Assembly: GCA_001179505.1 (NCBI GenBank)
Contig: CDMY01000286.1
Location: 62,001-126,000 of the forward strand
Direction: 5' to 3'
DNA from: Vitrella brassicaformis CCMP3155
Taxonomy: Eukaryota > Protista > Chromerida
DNA length: 64,000 bases
Each line of letters opens with the position of its first letter. Position 1 is the first letter of the stretch. Made by a program: the position numbers and the translations under genes. This document shows, in pieces, positions 34,873 to 50,230 of the stretch. The notes below the pieces were generated by a model. It worked only from the letters and a program-made list of their open reading frames with translations, did not search any database and was not told where the DNA came from.

Positions 34873-37855
34873 TCAGTAGGGCCGCATAGATTGGGCAAGC
34901 GCTGCATATTGCTCCCATTCGTCCTTCATGACCTTGTACCGCCGCACGAGGGCCTGGATGTCCTCCTTTTTCTCCGCCTCACCCTCACGCAGCCTATCAG
35001 CACAGAGACGCACCGGGAGCGAGGGAGGGAGATGTGGTCGGTGTGTGTGACGTCTCGTCTCTTGCTTTGTGTGAGTGGGTGACGACTTACTTTGGGAAGG
35101 CGACACCGACCAGCCACTGATGGATGGATGGGTACAGAGAGAGGGAGAGGGAGGCATAGCGGATGGATGGATGAGTGGATGCCAGTGTGGCTTGTCTGTC
35201 GGTTCTGTCTGTTCACCTGCAGGCCGTTGAGGTGCTGCTTCCACATTGTATAGTTGCGCGAGTAGAGGAAATCTGCCACACACGCACCCATGCACACCCA
35301 CCCACCCACACACACACACACGGGAACACACAACATAGAAAGGAGGCCATAACTATATGCCGTGCTCTTTCCATCCCCCTTGTGTGTGTGTGTGTCACAC
35401 GTACCGGCGAACCACTCCCCGAGTGCGTGTTTGTCCGCCGTTGTGACCTCGGCCTTGGCCGTGTTGATGCGCAAGAGCGACTTCATCTCCTCCTCCCGAC
35501 TCGCAAGCAGCTGTGTGTATCAACCCAGCCATCCATCAACACACCCACGTGTGTGTGTGGTGCAGTGTGGCGGGATGTATGTGTGTGTGAGCGAAATGAA
35601 ATGACTGACGTACTGACCTTTTTCTTCTTCTCTTCGAGAGTTCTGCTGAGGAAGAAGGCAACCCAGACGATGAGCGCCACGGCCCCAATAGCGCCGCTGA
35701 AGTACCATGACCAAGCCTTGTTATACTCATACACAAACCCTGCGTGGATCGGCACGACACCGCACACACATACATACATTGGTGTGGCCGATGGGTGTGG
35801 GTCTGTGTCCATGCCTACCCAGGATAATGGGAAAGACGACTCGGCTGAAGGACGTAAGCACACGACAAACACGCACGCATAGCCGACATAATATGGATCG
35901 TTTGCATGCGCCTGCTCACCTTGCGGCCTGGGAGCTCTGTCCTGACACACACATAGCATCCATCCATCCATCCATGTAGATCCATCCATCATGTGCACAC
36001 AACACACGAGCCAGCGGTCATATTTCACCCACCGATGGAGATGACAGTGGCCGTGTTGCCCGATGTGGCGAAGTAGGCCAAGATGGAAGGAATACTAGGC
36101 GTTACCATGCTGTTGCCCATCACGTTGACCCCAAGAATGAGGAGAAAGAGCCAGAGAGTGTCCGCCAGGGGGGCTACCACCAAGGCCACCAGCATGATGC
36201 TCTCGCCTATGATGGCCGTCCGCTCCAGACCCACCCACTTGCGAGTGAGGTCGAAGATGATCAGCTGAGTGAATGGATGAGCACACACGCACATTTGCTT
36301 GCGTCAAATGTCTGTCTTTTTTCCATTGTGTGTGTGTTCATATGAACGCCCTGTCTGCCCACCTGTGAAATGATGAAGATGACCGCAACACCGCTTAAAA
36401 TGAACCCCAGATCAAGCGGATCCACACCGAACTACAGCCACACACGCATACACACACACACACGCACACACACAGAGAGAGAGAGAGAGATGGGAGGGCC
36501 GGTGACAACGGCTCATATGGCCTCCGTACCTCCTCGCTAAGGTACAGTCCCAGCGTGGTCTGGACCACCGAGAAGGCTCCGCCATGGAGGAAGGACGCCG
36601 CGCCGATGAGCGTCAGCGAGATGGCCTTCTTGCGCTTGGCGGCCTTCTCGTCCTCCTCTTCCTCCTCCTTTTCTGTCGGCTCTTTGTCTTCCGTCTCGCC
36701 CATCTCCATTCGGACCAGCTTGGCCTCCCTGTGGTACATGTCACTCGGCGACTCCATCACCTCCATTGTCACCTGCCTGCCGTCCACGCCCTCCCCTTCC
36801 CCTTCCCCGTCCGCCGCGTCCTTACTGTCGCTCTTACTGTCGCTCTCGTTTTCTCGTTCTCTCTTCAGCGGCTTGGTCTCCTCATAATGGCTGTGCTGGG
36901 TGTCTGGCGGGCACTCGGATCTCTTGCTGGTCTGCCGGCACACGATCTCGCCGTGGTCGACCACCATCATAGGCAGGTCCTCTTCCTCCTCTTCTCGGAC
37001 GATCTCTCTCTGTAAGGATGAGTCGGGCGGAGGGGTGAGGGACTGGGCTCTTGCGCGCGGCTTGTGGGCGGCATCGCGCTGCTCGCGAAAGAAACCGAGC
37101 GTCAGGAGCGTGTTGCCGGCGGCCACGCCCGCCGCGACGAAAAAAGGCATATAATACGAATAGACCGTCAGGCCTCCTGCGATGGCCGGTCCAAACAGCA
37201 AGGCAGCCGAGATCATTGAGCCCGTGATGGCCAGGTAGCGGGGGCGCTGCTCGGCTGTCGTCACGCTAACAATGTAGCCCTGCATGCGGCGGAGGGATCG
37301 CACCTTTTGCTCACAGAATCAATCAATCGTCACACGTACCTGTGCCACAGGCGCACTGCCGGCGAACAGCCCCGTCAGGGCACGCCAAAGGAGGAGGTCG
37401 TACTCATTGCGCGAGAAGCCACTCGCGAAGTTGCCTGCACACAGTGACACAGGTGAACGGGTCAAGAGCATCCCCACTCCCATCTGCTGCATGTACGTGT
37501 GTGGAGTAGTACCTCCGACGCTCCCGACGAGCGAGATGATGAGCCCCAGTTTGGTTGACCGGAAGAAGTCGGTGATGCGTGCGAGGGCGATATTGCTGAT
37601 GAGCTGGGACGCCGAGTAGGCCGCCGTGAGGATGCCGATCCAGCTGTCGTCAGCTTCGTACTCGATAATGAGGTACGGGAGGATAGGGATCACGAGCGTG
37701 GCGGCCATCATATCGATAAACACGGTCACATAGACCAGGATCAGACTCCGCAGCCTGCAGGAAGCAACCAATTGATGAATAGACACGTTCGATGCACCTC
37801 GGCGATGAGTGTGTTCGTTGCCCTCACGTTGCTGCGTCCATCTTGTCACTGACAA
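34873..37855 (-). CDS. MFS transporter (TetA/DHA1-like) with a long acidic central loop and helical C-terminal tail; start uncertain
   Basis: VFIDMMAATLVIPILPY, AAYSASQLI, WRALTGLFAG, AQGYIVSVT..EQRPRY and GPAIAG; downstream TM exons and tail exons run to 34873. Confidence 0.88.
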
Positions 37856-38104
37856 CCGTCATGTTCCCTCTTTTCTCTTCGTATGTGTATCAATTGATTC
37901 GCTTGTCTTTCACTGCGCTGAACATGCAAGCTTTCCGTAGATCGCGCACCAAAAGTCCGGCGCAGCACGCAGTGTTCGATGCCATTTGTATGCCACACAC
38001 ACTGTTCACATACTGATACACACTTCTACTGACGGAAAGACCAACTCAAAAACCTCATACACTCACTTGTCCGCGGCCAGCTACTGACAGTTGCTGGCCG
38101 CTGG

Positions 38105-39358
38105 CTAACTACGCTGGATACCTGCAGCTGACGCCCCTACTTCTTGCTTCTGGCACGATCTCTCCCCCTCCCAATCTCGGATGAGCGCCCGCAGATTGAG
38201 AGGGACGTTGAGGGTGCCCGCATGGCCGCCCCCGCGCACACTGTGAAGACGATTTGACGGGTTCGGCAGGACCTTCAGCAGCCGCTCGCCCTCCTCACGT
38301 GAGGGCAGCAGTCGGTCTCCCTCGCCGGCCACGATGAGCACCGGGGCGTGGACGTGCGGCAGGATGGGCTCGGCCATGGTGGCGCCCTCCCGCAGCCACT
38401 CTCTCAGCCGCCATCGAAAAGTGTCGGGCGGCAGCGGCACCGTTAAGATGCGGATGACAATAGGCACAGCCTTGCGAAGGAACGACATGTGCGCTGGGGT
38501 CGTCCTGACACACAAAACGATACCCAGCATCATGCATGACGCATCCAGATCGATCCATCCGCACCTTTCTTGCAGCTCCATCATTTCCTTCCTCGGCTGT
38601 CCCTTGAGCCACCTCGGGATGCGCTTGGCCTTCATCAGGGCGTCCTGCACCAGATCTCTCGCAAGCGTCACATCGACAGACGAGAACACCAGCGGCAGCA
38701 GAGCCACACCGAACAGAAACGACGGCACTCGGTCGAGGAAGGCCTGGTAGTTGCGCCACCACGACCGCAGGAAAGACGTCGCCGGGTTCACGATGATCAC
38801 CCCTCTCAGCTCCCCCGGGAAGTCTTTCGGCGCCTTCTCGATCTCGTGCGCCACGAGCAGCGCCACAACAGCCCCGAAGCTCTCGCCAAGCAAATAGAAG
38901 GGGCGAGGAGGTGACTGGTGCAGATGGGAGAGCGTCGCCTGCACCAGCTCTTGCACCGTGCTGCGGTCGTTGGCAGTGATAGAGAGGCATGTGAGGTCGA
39001 ATTCTTCAGAGAGGAAGGGGAACTGTGTGAATGCGGAGAAGCCGGTGCCGTCCATGCCGGGCAGGTAGAGCATCAGAGGGCTGTTTGCAGTGTCGGGGTT
39101 GAGCGCCTGCACGGCATCTTCCTGCTTCAGCTCCTCATAGGGATTGATGAATCGATAAGAGGGGCTCTCCTTCTGGTGAGCCGCGGGAGTCTTGGCCTTG
39201 ACGAGCGATGATCTCCTCCGGAAGGCGCGGGCCTGGGAGCGCCTGCCGATGGATGAAGGAGAAGGCGTGAAGGCGGGGAGGTGATGGATGACAGGCCAAC
39301 TGCTGATTACGTCACACGTTGTGGCCCGCAGCATCACGGACATAAGCGCCGGCAGCAT
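38105..39358 (-). CDS. Alpha/beta hydrolase related to the N-terminal domain of plant PES/ELT esterases; probably plastid-targeted
   Basis: LYLPGMDGTG, LLGESFGA (GxSxG), IVNPATSF, AGEGDRLLPS and GGGHA; N-terminal Ser/Arg-rich extension with a PAF motif; a probable 60-nt in-frame intron at 38505-38564. Confidence 0.8.
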   Translation of the reverse strand: MLPALMSVMLRATTCDVISSWPVIHHLPAFTPSPSSIGRRSQARAFRRRSSLVKAKTPAAHQKESPSYRFINPYEELKQEDAVQALNPDTANSPLMLYLPGMDGTGFSAFTQFPFLSEEFDLTCLSITANDRSTVQELVQATLSHLHQSPPRPFYLLGESFGAVVALLVAHEIEKAPKDFPGELRGVIIVNPATSFLRSWWRNYQAFLDRVPSFLFGVALLPLVFSSVDVTLARDLVQDALMKAKRIPRWLKGQPRKEMMELQERCGWIDLDASCMMLGIVLCVRTTPAHMSFLRKAVPIVIRILTVPLPPDTFRWRLREWLREGATMAEPILPHVHAPVLIVAGEGDRLLPSREEGERLLKVLPNPSNRLHSVRGGGHAGTLNVPLNLRALIRDWEGERSCQKQEVGASAAGIQRS

Positions 39359-39517
39359 CTTGACAGCGAACCCCGGGGTTTTCTGCGAGCTTGAAGCCAA
39401 GGAGAAGAGACCCTTGAAAAGGACAGCATCATCCCATGAATCACTGCGGCAATGCACATGTTTGATCGGACCTGATCTGTCCACTCATCATCGTCATCGT
39501 TGCTGAAATTGTTGCTG

Positions 39518-40411
39518 ATGGCTCCTCGCGTGCCTGACGCCTCAGCGGATGTGGCCATCGACGTGCAGGCAGCCGCAGGTTGGACCCATCCCACCCCGCA
39601 GCCGCTCCCCGCCTGGCCTGCAACAAACTCACCCACCCCATTGCCCGCTCTCCCGCCCCCGTTGCCGCAGATTGCCCAGCCGCCCAATGGAATGCTGAGT
39701 GTGCCGGCTGTTGTCCCATGGTGGCCAGAGATCCCGAGGGTGGTCAAGGTCATGCACCAAACGTACCAAACTCTTACATGTCCAGCCCCTGTTCAGTGTT
39801 TGTCTGGGTTGTGTGTTCTGACTGTTGACTTGCAGCTGCTGAGTTGGAGCTTTTGGGCGTTCGTCTTGTCGCACCTCGTCTTTCTCTTGCTCATGCCTCA
39901 AGTGCTGGACTGGGTGCCCCGCTCCCCTCTGCCGATGCTCCTCTGGTCTATTGCGGGGTTGGGTGTGTTGGTCGCTTGCTCGAGGTCCTTCTACAATCGC
40001 ATGTCAGAGATCGCCCCCCTCCACGGCGGCGACTTCACTCCCAAGCGGACTCGACTCGTGTTGATGGTTACCCATGGCCTCGTGATGCTGCTGATGGCGG
40101 CTGTCTTGCTGTCTCTGGTTTTCGGCGGAGAAGCGCTTAGGTTGCCGGCCGAGAGGGAGGACACTTGGGCGTCTAGATTCGACTTCGTGGAGGTTTGTCT
40201 GGTGGTGACCGTGGTGGTTCTCATGAGGACGACTAAGACAATCGCGCTGCGGCGCCCTTGGTCGCCGTCTATCGCGATTCCTAGGGCTATGTTGACAGTG
40301 AGTTGCGACTTTGCTGGAAGTATCGTGGTGGTGACGGTCGCACGCATGGCCACGGATGTGTTGCTATCCACCTTTGGGGAGGTTGCTTCCCGCGCCACCA
40401 AGGAAGGATGA
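39518..40411 (+). CDS. Multi-pass membrane protein with Pro-rich N-terminus, tandem copy 1
   Basis: About 5 hydrophobic segments; clearly paralogous to 40847..41743, including the flanks. Confidence 0.75.
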   Translation: MAPRVPDASADVAIDVQAAAGWTHPTPQPLPAWPATNSPTPLPALPPPLPQIAQPPNGMLSVPAVVPWWPEIPRVVKVMHQTYQTLTCPAPVQCLSGLCVLTVDLQLLSWSFWAFVLSHLVFLLLMPQVLDWVPRSPLPMLLWSIAGLGVLVACSRSFYNRMSEIAPLHGGDFTPKRTRLVLMVTHGLVMLLMAAVLLSLVFGGEALRLPAEREDTWASRFDFVEVCLVVTVVVLMRTTKTIALRRPWSPSIAIPRAMLTVSCDFAGSIVVVTVARMATDVLLSTFGEVASRATKEG

Positions 40412-40846
40412 GTGCTGACGGACGAGAGATTGAGTAGCGTAATAGCAGGGGGGAGGGGAGGGAAGGTGCCGTGTGTGGATGTGTGTTGGCGGTTTGGTGA
40501 TTTGGTCTATGAGCGCTTTTGTGGACGGATGTGTGTATCTCTTATCTCTTTCTCGGTACATTTGTCCACTGCCATCAATGAGTGAGAGAGACATGGACAG
40601 GGTGGGTGTGTCTCCGTGTCCTCCCACTGAATGCATCTCCTTACGCACACAACTACAATACAATACAATACAATACAAAGGCTCCCAACGCAAATATACG
40701 CCACAACCACCGGAGCGAGCGGAGGGAGTGCGGTGTGAAATGCGAGCTTACATGCGAGCTTAGGCCATTCTAAAGTGCCCCTTCCTCTGAGGCAACTGAG
40801 CTGTGCACATGTTTGATCTGATCTGATCTGTCCAGTGTCGTTGCCG

Positions 40847-41743
40847 ATGGTTCCTCCTGACACGTCAGACACCTCAGGGGATGTGGCCGTTGGCGTGCAG
40901 GCAGCCGCAGGATGGAGCCATCCCACCGCTCAGCCGCTCCCCGCCTGGCCTGCAACCTCTCCCACCCCATTGCCCGCTCTCCCGCCCCCCGTGCCGCAGA
41001 TTGCCCCGCCGCCCGTGCAGAATGTGCCTGCTGCCGTTGTTGTCCAATCATGGCCAGAGATCCCGAGGGTGGGCAAGATCACGCGACAGAGGCTGCACGT
41101 GTGTATCCTTTCGTTCACTGTCCGGGCCTGTGTGTGTGTTTGTGTGCAGCTGCGGAGTTTGAGCTTTTGGGTGTTCGTCTTGTCGCACTTCGTCCTTTTC
41201 GTTCTCATGCCTCTCGTGCTGGACTGGGTGCCCCGCTCCCCGCTGCCGATGGTCTTCTGGTCTATCCTGTTGGTGGCCATCTTGGTCGCCTGCTCGAGGT
41301 CTTTCTTCAAGCGCATGTCAGAGGTCGCCTCCCTCCATGGCGGCGACTTCACTCCCAAGCGGACTCGACTCGTCTCGATGGTTACCCATGGTCTCGTGAT
41401 GCTGCTGCTGACTGCCTTCTCGCTGTACCTTAGTCTCGACGGAGAAGCGCTTAGGTTGCCGGCGGAGAAGACCGACACTGTAGGCGAGAGGACAGACACT
41501 GTATTGTCCACACGCGACCTGATGGAGGTTTGCCTGGTGGTCGTCATGCTGGTTCTCATGCCAACTCTGAGGACGCTCATGGAGCAAGCCCCTTGGTCAC
41601 GGCACCAAGCTCTCCAGAGAGCTGCGTTGACAGTGAGTTGCGACCTCACTGGGAGTATGGTGGCGTTGCTGGTTATGTTCATGGCCACGGGTGTGTTGCT
41701 ATCCACCTTTGGGGAGGGTGCTTCCCGCGCCAAGGAAGGATGA
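40847..41743 (+). CDS. Multi-pass membrane protein with Pro-rich N-terminus, tandem copy 2
   Basis: Shares QPLPAWPAT, WPEIPRV, VLDWVPRSPLPM, LHGGDFTPKRTRLV and LLSTFGE with copy 1. Confidence 0.75.
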   Translation: MVPPDTSDTSGDVAVGVQAAAGWSHPTAQPLPAWPATSPTPLPALPPPVPQIAPPPVQNVPAAVVVQSWPEIPRVGKITRQRLHVCILSFTVRACVCVCVQLRSLSFWVFVLSHFVLFVLMPLVLDWVPRSPLPMVFWSILLVAILVACSRSFFKRMSEVASLHGGDFTPKRTRLVSMVTHGLVMLLLTAFSLYLSLDGEALRLPAEKTDTVGERTDTVLSTRDLMEVCLVVVMLVLMPTLRTLMEQAPWSRHQALQRAALTVSCDLTGSMVALLVMFMATGVLLSTFGEGASRAKEG

Positions 41744-42084
41744 GTGATGACGGACGAGAGATTGAGTCGCGTAATAGGAGGGGAGGTGAGCTGGAGTGTG
41801 TGAGTGAGTGACTTTGTGCTGTGTCTCGGTGTGCGGCCAAAGTGTCGCTGGTGGTTTGGTGATTTGGGTGAGCGGTTGTGGGGACGTACGTGTGTGCGTA
41901 TGCCTTGTGCATTTGTCGACTGCAGTGAGAGACATCGACAGTGTGTGTCTCTCAGTGTACTGCCATTGAATTGTCATGCGGTCACACAACTGCAATACAA
42001 AGGCTCCAAATGCCAGCATACCTCACAAGCCAAGAGCAACTATCAAGCCAGGTCCACACATGACACAAATAAATGCCCACTCAG

Positions 42085-45369
<3,285 letters not shown>

Positions 45370-45407
45370 CTTTGATGAATCACTGTGGTTTTCTTCCGAG
45401 GCGCTGC

Positions 45408-45438
45408 AGGGTAAGCAACCCCGAACCCTAAGGTCTCC
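45408..45438. promoter_or_regulatory. Palindrome plus telobox-like motif (copy 2), ~40 bp upstream of the monooxygenase ATG
   Basis: agggtaagcaaccccgaaccctaaggtctcc. Confidence 0.5.
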
Positions 45439-45627
45439 CCCAGTCTGAGCTCGCGATTTGGTCTCGAAGAATCCAAAGGATTTGGCGAGGAAGGGTGCCT
45501 GCGAGAGGCGCCATGTTCGGATGAGACGTTATCGGTCATCTCCGGCTTAGATCTGCGGCGTTCAGCCTCTCTCTTCTTGCCGACCCATCTCCCACGCCCT
45601 CGACGATACCGATGCCATTCGCACGGC

Positions 45628-47317
45628 ATGGACACCTTTGCGATCGAGATCCGACGTCATCGATGCGCTGGATCTGGCCACACCAACGGCAGAGAGGAGC
45701 GGCAGCGGCGATTGCTTGCTCCCTTCCAAACAGCCGCCGTCACACCAAGTGAGTCTGCCCGTCGGTGACCAAGATCCCAGCCCCTCTTCGTGTGGGCATG
45801 TCGATGGCAAGGAGGCCGCCGCGCAGTTCTCTGGCAAGTACCTGGTGATGGACGTCGGCAGGAGGTTGTGGGGCAAGGACCGGCAAGTCAGGTTCTTTCT
45901 CCCTGACGTGCCCGCCAAGATGTGCTTCTACGCAACAGTGCTGTGTAAGTTTGTGGGAGGGCTCTTGCAGGCACAGAGACGATGCATCGTCGTCTTGTTT
46001 GGTGTGTTGGTGCATTCGTGCAGTGATTGCGGGATTGTGGATGGTGACGTTGGGAGCTCTCACATTCGTGCAGTGATTGCGGGATTGTGGATGGTGACGT
46101 TGGGAGCTCTCACAATCGTTCTTGTGCCTGACGCGAAATGGGCTGGAATCGTCGCAATGAGTGGCCTTGGTACGTAGACGGAGGGAGGAAACCAGAACGC
46201 GCAATGGTTTCTCTTCTCTATTTGCTCGTTTGGCGTGTGCAGTGGGCGACCCTCTGCTTGCTATCGTCAACTTGCGATATGCGTATGGGACTTACAGGAA
46301 CCTGGTTGTGCAGTTCGCGGCGTGTACGTATGGCGTTATCACCATGGCCGCCATCCTCCTCTACGCACGTACGCCAGCGGAGAATCTGACCAATGAAGCT
46401 GCCGTCCATCTGTCCACAGTCCTGGTTTCCTTCCGTATGTGTGTGTGCAGCGTTTGGCTATGCGGCATCACTGCTGGCCGTGCGTGTCGAGCTCGCAGTC
46501 TGCTCGCCATCCTTCGCCTTCATCGCCCAGCCACGACTGTTCACAAACGAGGATGTGCTCAAGAGGCTTAATGGTACCCATTGGCTGCCGGCCAGGTTCA
46601 GCTTGATGCCTGTCCCTCTTTCGGGCATGCTGACGGCCTCTGGGTACACCTGGTCGGAGCACAACCCTCTCTGTGTGCTGGTGCGGAAGCTTGTGCCGTG
46701 GCTGAGGAAAATGGACGACTTGGAGTTTTGCCGAATGCTCAAGTACATCACCTACCTGCTGACCTGTATCGACTTCATGTCCGACCTGGGTAAGTAAGTG
46801 GGCGACAAAAGTTTCTCGATCTTTCGATCTGTCTGTTTGCCTGTCTGTCTGTCTGTCTCTGTGTGTGTCTGTCGTGTGGTTGCTGCTCACCACCCAACGC
46901 CATGCAGCTGTGGGGATGGGTATGATTACCCATGGCGTGTTGTGGCCTGGCGTGTGCATCCTCATTCTCTGCCAAGTGGACAACCTCAGCGCCATCGTCT
47001 CATACGGCATCCGCACAAAGGCCACACTCCGGCAGCACGCATCTCTCTTCGCCGCATCGCTGTTCGAGGTGCCCATCCTGGCCCTGACCATCCTCTATGG
47101 AGCAAGGTCGACCGACACTCTGACGATCGTCATCTCCATCACGGCCACCTGCTGCACGGTGCTGACCAAGGAACTCGCCATGCTGAATGCGGTCATCATG
47201 CAGCGGGTGCGGGCGAAAGCAGCGGCGCTTGAGATGAAGCCGAGCACCACACGACAGACCACCAGCACCGAGCGGCCGACTGAGCAGGACAGTGTGAGTT
47301 CTGCATACCCGGTATGA
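45628..47317 (+). CDS. Multi-pass membrane protein of unknown family; start approximate
   Basis: Hydrophobic exons IAGLWMVTLGALTIVLV, YGVITMAAILLY, YLLTCIDFMSDL and SLFEVPILALTILY. Confidence 0.6.
46013..46112 (+). repeat. Perfect 2 x 50-bp tandem duplication spanning a 3' splice site
   Basis: cattcgtgcagtgattgcgggattgtggatggtgacgttgggagctctca repeated at 46013 and 46063. Confidence 0.95.
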
Positions 47318-47624
47318 TTGAACCATTCATGGGTGGGGAACGAGTGAGAGTGTCTCAGAGCGTTTTAAAGGCAGTGGCTGCCATACATGTCATGGCTGCG
47401 TCTCGGCCTGACCTCGTGTGTGTATGTGAATGTGCCTGGGCCGCACATGCACGGCTGTGCGGTGCATCTGTCCGTCTGTCTGAACTTGTGTCAGTTTTTG
47501 CCCACTGTGTTGGTCTTGTGTGTGGCTTGATGGATGGATGTCGATGCGATCAAGGGAGCTTGTCTGTTGTGGAAACAGCGCATGAACAATCGCATGTGTC
47601 TGCACTGCTCAACCAATCGGAGGG

Positions 47625-47924
47625 NNNNNNNNNNNNNNNNNNNNNNNNNNNNNNNNNNNNNNNNNNNNNNNNNNNNNNNNNNNNNNNNNNNNNNNNNNNN
47701 NNNNNNNNNNNNNNNNNNNNNNNNNNNNNNNNNNNNNNNNNNNNNNNNNNNNNNNNNNNNNNNNNNNNNNNNNNNNNNNNNNNNNNNNNNNNNNNNNNNN
47801 NNNNNNNNNNNNNNNNNNNNNNNNNNNNNNNNNNNNNNNNNNNNNNNNNNNNNNNNNNNNNNNNNNNNNNNNNNNNNNNNNNNNNNNNNNNNNNNNNNNN
47901 NNNNNNNNNNNNNNNNNNNNNNNN
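47625..47924. other. Assembly gap (300 N)
   Basis: Run of N. Confidence 1.
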
Positions 47925-47954
47925 AGACTCACCTGAGACATTGTGTCTTTTGTT

Positions 47955-47992
<38 letters not shown>

Positions 47993-50230
47993 CGTGTGTG
48001 TGTCTGTGTGTGTCGCATGTACCTGGCTGGCATGTATACATGCGTGGGTAGGGGTGAAGGGTCTGCTGTGTGGCTGGGGTGCTTGCCTACCACTCACTCC
48101 TCGTTCTGACTGTGTGCAGCGCTCTTCGAGTGCCTCGCACCTGCACGCCATGCTGCATGTGGTGGATGGGGGATGGGGGTATGCGCCATGCACAGCGATT
48201 TGTATGTGTGCGTGTGAGTGCCCGTACATAATACTGTACTGTACTCACACATTCATGCATCTCTCTCGTGTCCTTGCCTGGTGTGGCCTGTCCGACTGTT
48301 CGCTCTTGCTGGCTGTTCTGTTGCATTTGTGTGCGTGTGTGATGGTGCCGGTATCTTTGGCGTCTGTGGCGTGGGCGGGGCGGTCGTTATACGTCAGTAC
48401 GTCATTCTTGTTGTGCTTGGATGAGTGAGCGAGTCGTCCACCGAGCCCTCACCTGATGTGATCTGCGTGGGATGACTGCCTGTGCATGGGCACGGATCAC
48501 GCCACAGACAGGGGAGGGAGGGAGGGTTTGTACGTCCATGCGATAAGTGAATCAGACACCAACGAGATGCATTCACGCACACACATCGACTGAATGACTC
48601 ACCGAGATGTGCTCACGCGCATCGCGAACGAACGTGAAAACAGCCAAATGGCATCAGACGTCTTGGTTGATATGCATTTCTTGCTTAATCGTGAGTCTGC
48701 TTATGTCCCGAGTGGCACCCCATCCCGTACAGAGCAAGTGTGGAATCGGCGTTCGCCATGGCCTGCACGTGAGTGACGGGCCCACCCTGCTCAGAATCAA
48801 CCATGAACACACACACACACACGTGTGCCATCCATCCATCCGCGTGTGTTGTGTGTGTGTCTCGAATCTGACACAGGCACAAGTCCATCCATCCATTTGG
48901 GCTTCCTGTGTGGCTGTGTCTGTCACCGAGGTGGGACGGCTTGCGCGAGAGGTCACCTGAAGTGATAGCAGACGGACACATGGATGGATGGATGGATGGC
49001 AAAGTGTACCCACAGAGATCATCCCGCGAGATCAGAAATACACAGAGACATAAGGAGACAAAAGGAGACACAGACATCTGAAGTGCATTCGTGAGCTGTC
49101 CACCTGTCTGTCTGTCCGTCCGTCTGTCTGAATTATGCCCTACCCTCATCCTCATCTGCAGCCATCCATGGCCAATGGCATGACTTACACAGAGACATGC
49201 ACGGAAAGATGATGATTGTGTGTGCATTGGCTTCAGTCGTGAGTATCTCGAGAGTGAGCTGATTGCCCTTCGTCACACCTGGCAAACTGATGACGGACAG
49301 CAGCAAACACACACCGAGAGAGAAAGAGAGAGAGAAAATTCGAAGCAGAATGCATTCATCCATTATATCCTCATGTGAATGACTTACGCGTCGGTCTTGC
49401 TCATTCTGACAGGCTGTTGGTGCTGCTGTGCGGTGTCGCCCCGACGACAAACGACACCGACCACGACGCCATGATTGACGAGACGAGACGAGAGGCCAAT
49501 CAGTCAGTCATCAATCAATGTCAATCACTGATCGACTCTCGCCGTGGCAAATTCAACACCCCACGTACGGCACGTACTTCACCCATGCGTCCCCACAGGA
49601 CTGACTCGACCAATGTGTATGCAAGAATTGATGACTTCCAACGCGCAAACGCACCCGACGATCGACTTGGGTCACAGCGAAAGACCGACGGGTATGTATG
49701 TATGTATGTACGTAGACGGAGAGCACCGACCATGGTCTGTCCAGCTCATCCAGGCTAGCCAGCCCAGTCGGCGACGCAACAAAGCTCAAAATCTATCATA
49801 AAGCCATGCAATAGATGAACGGCTCAACGAATGGCAAACCCTATACATGTGCGACCAAATGCTCGGCCTCGATTGTCCCCGCACGGCACGTCTATTGCTT
49901 TTTCTTGTACGAGAACTTCAAGGTGTAGTTGGCGGGGAGGGGAAGAATCGGGTAGCGCTGATGGACACGATTGGGGTCCTGTAAGCACACAGCAGCAGAG
50001 ACAGGACAGGTACCAGCCATTCAGCATGGCGGCAGGGGCTTTTTTAATCACGCACGTACCAGCAGGCAGCAACTACAATGGATAAAGAATAATACACAGG
50101 CCGTAGAGAGAGAAAGAAAGATAGACACAGTCTCTCGCTGCGATGATATGTAGGTATGTATCGGCAAGGGTGTAGCAGCACAAAAACCAAAAACATTGCC
50201 CCCTCCCTGTTCCATACAGACCCACCCACA

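Noticed and set aside
46013-46112. CRISPR-like or array repeat
   Set aside because: Two abutting copies with no spacers and no cas genes; no repeat-spacer array was seen in the window.
45628-47317. XK-family scramblase assignment from DFMSDL and FEVPIL
   Set aside because: The resemblance is too weak without a profile search.
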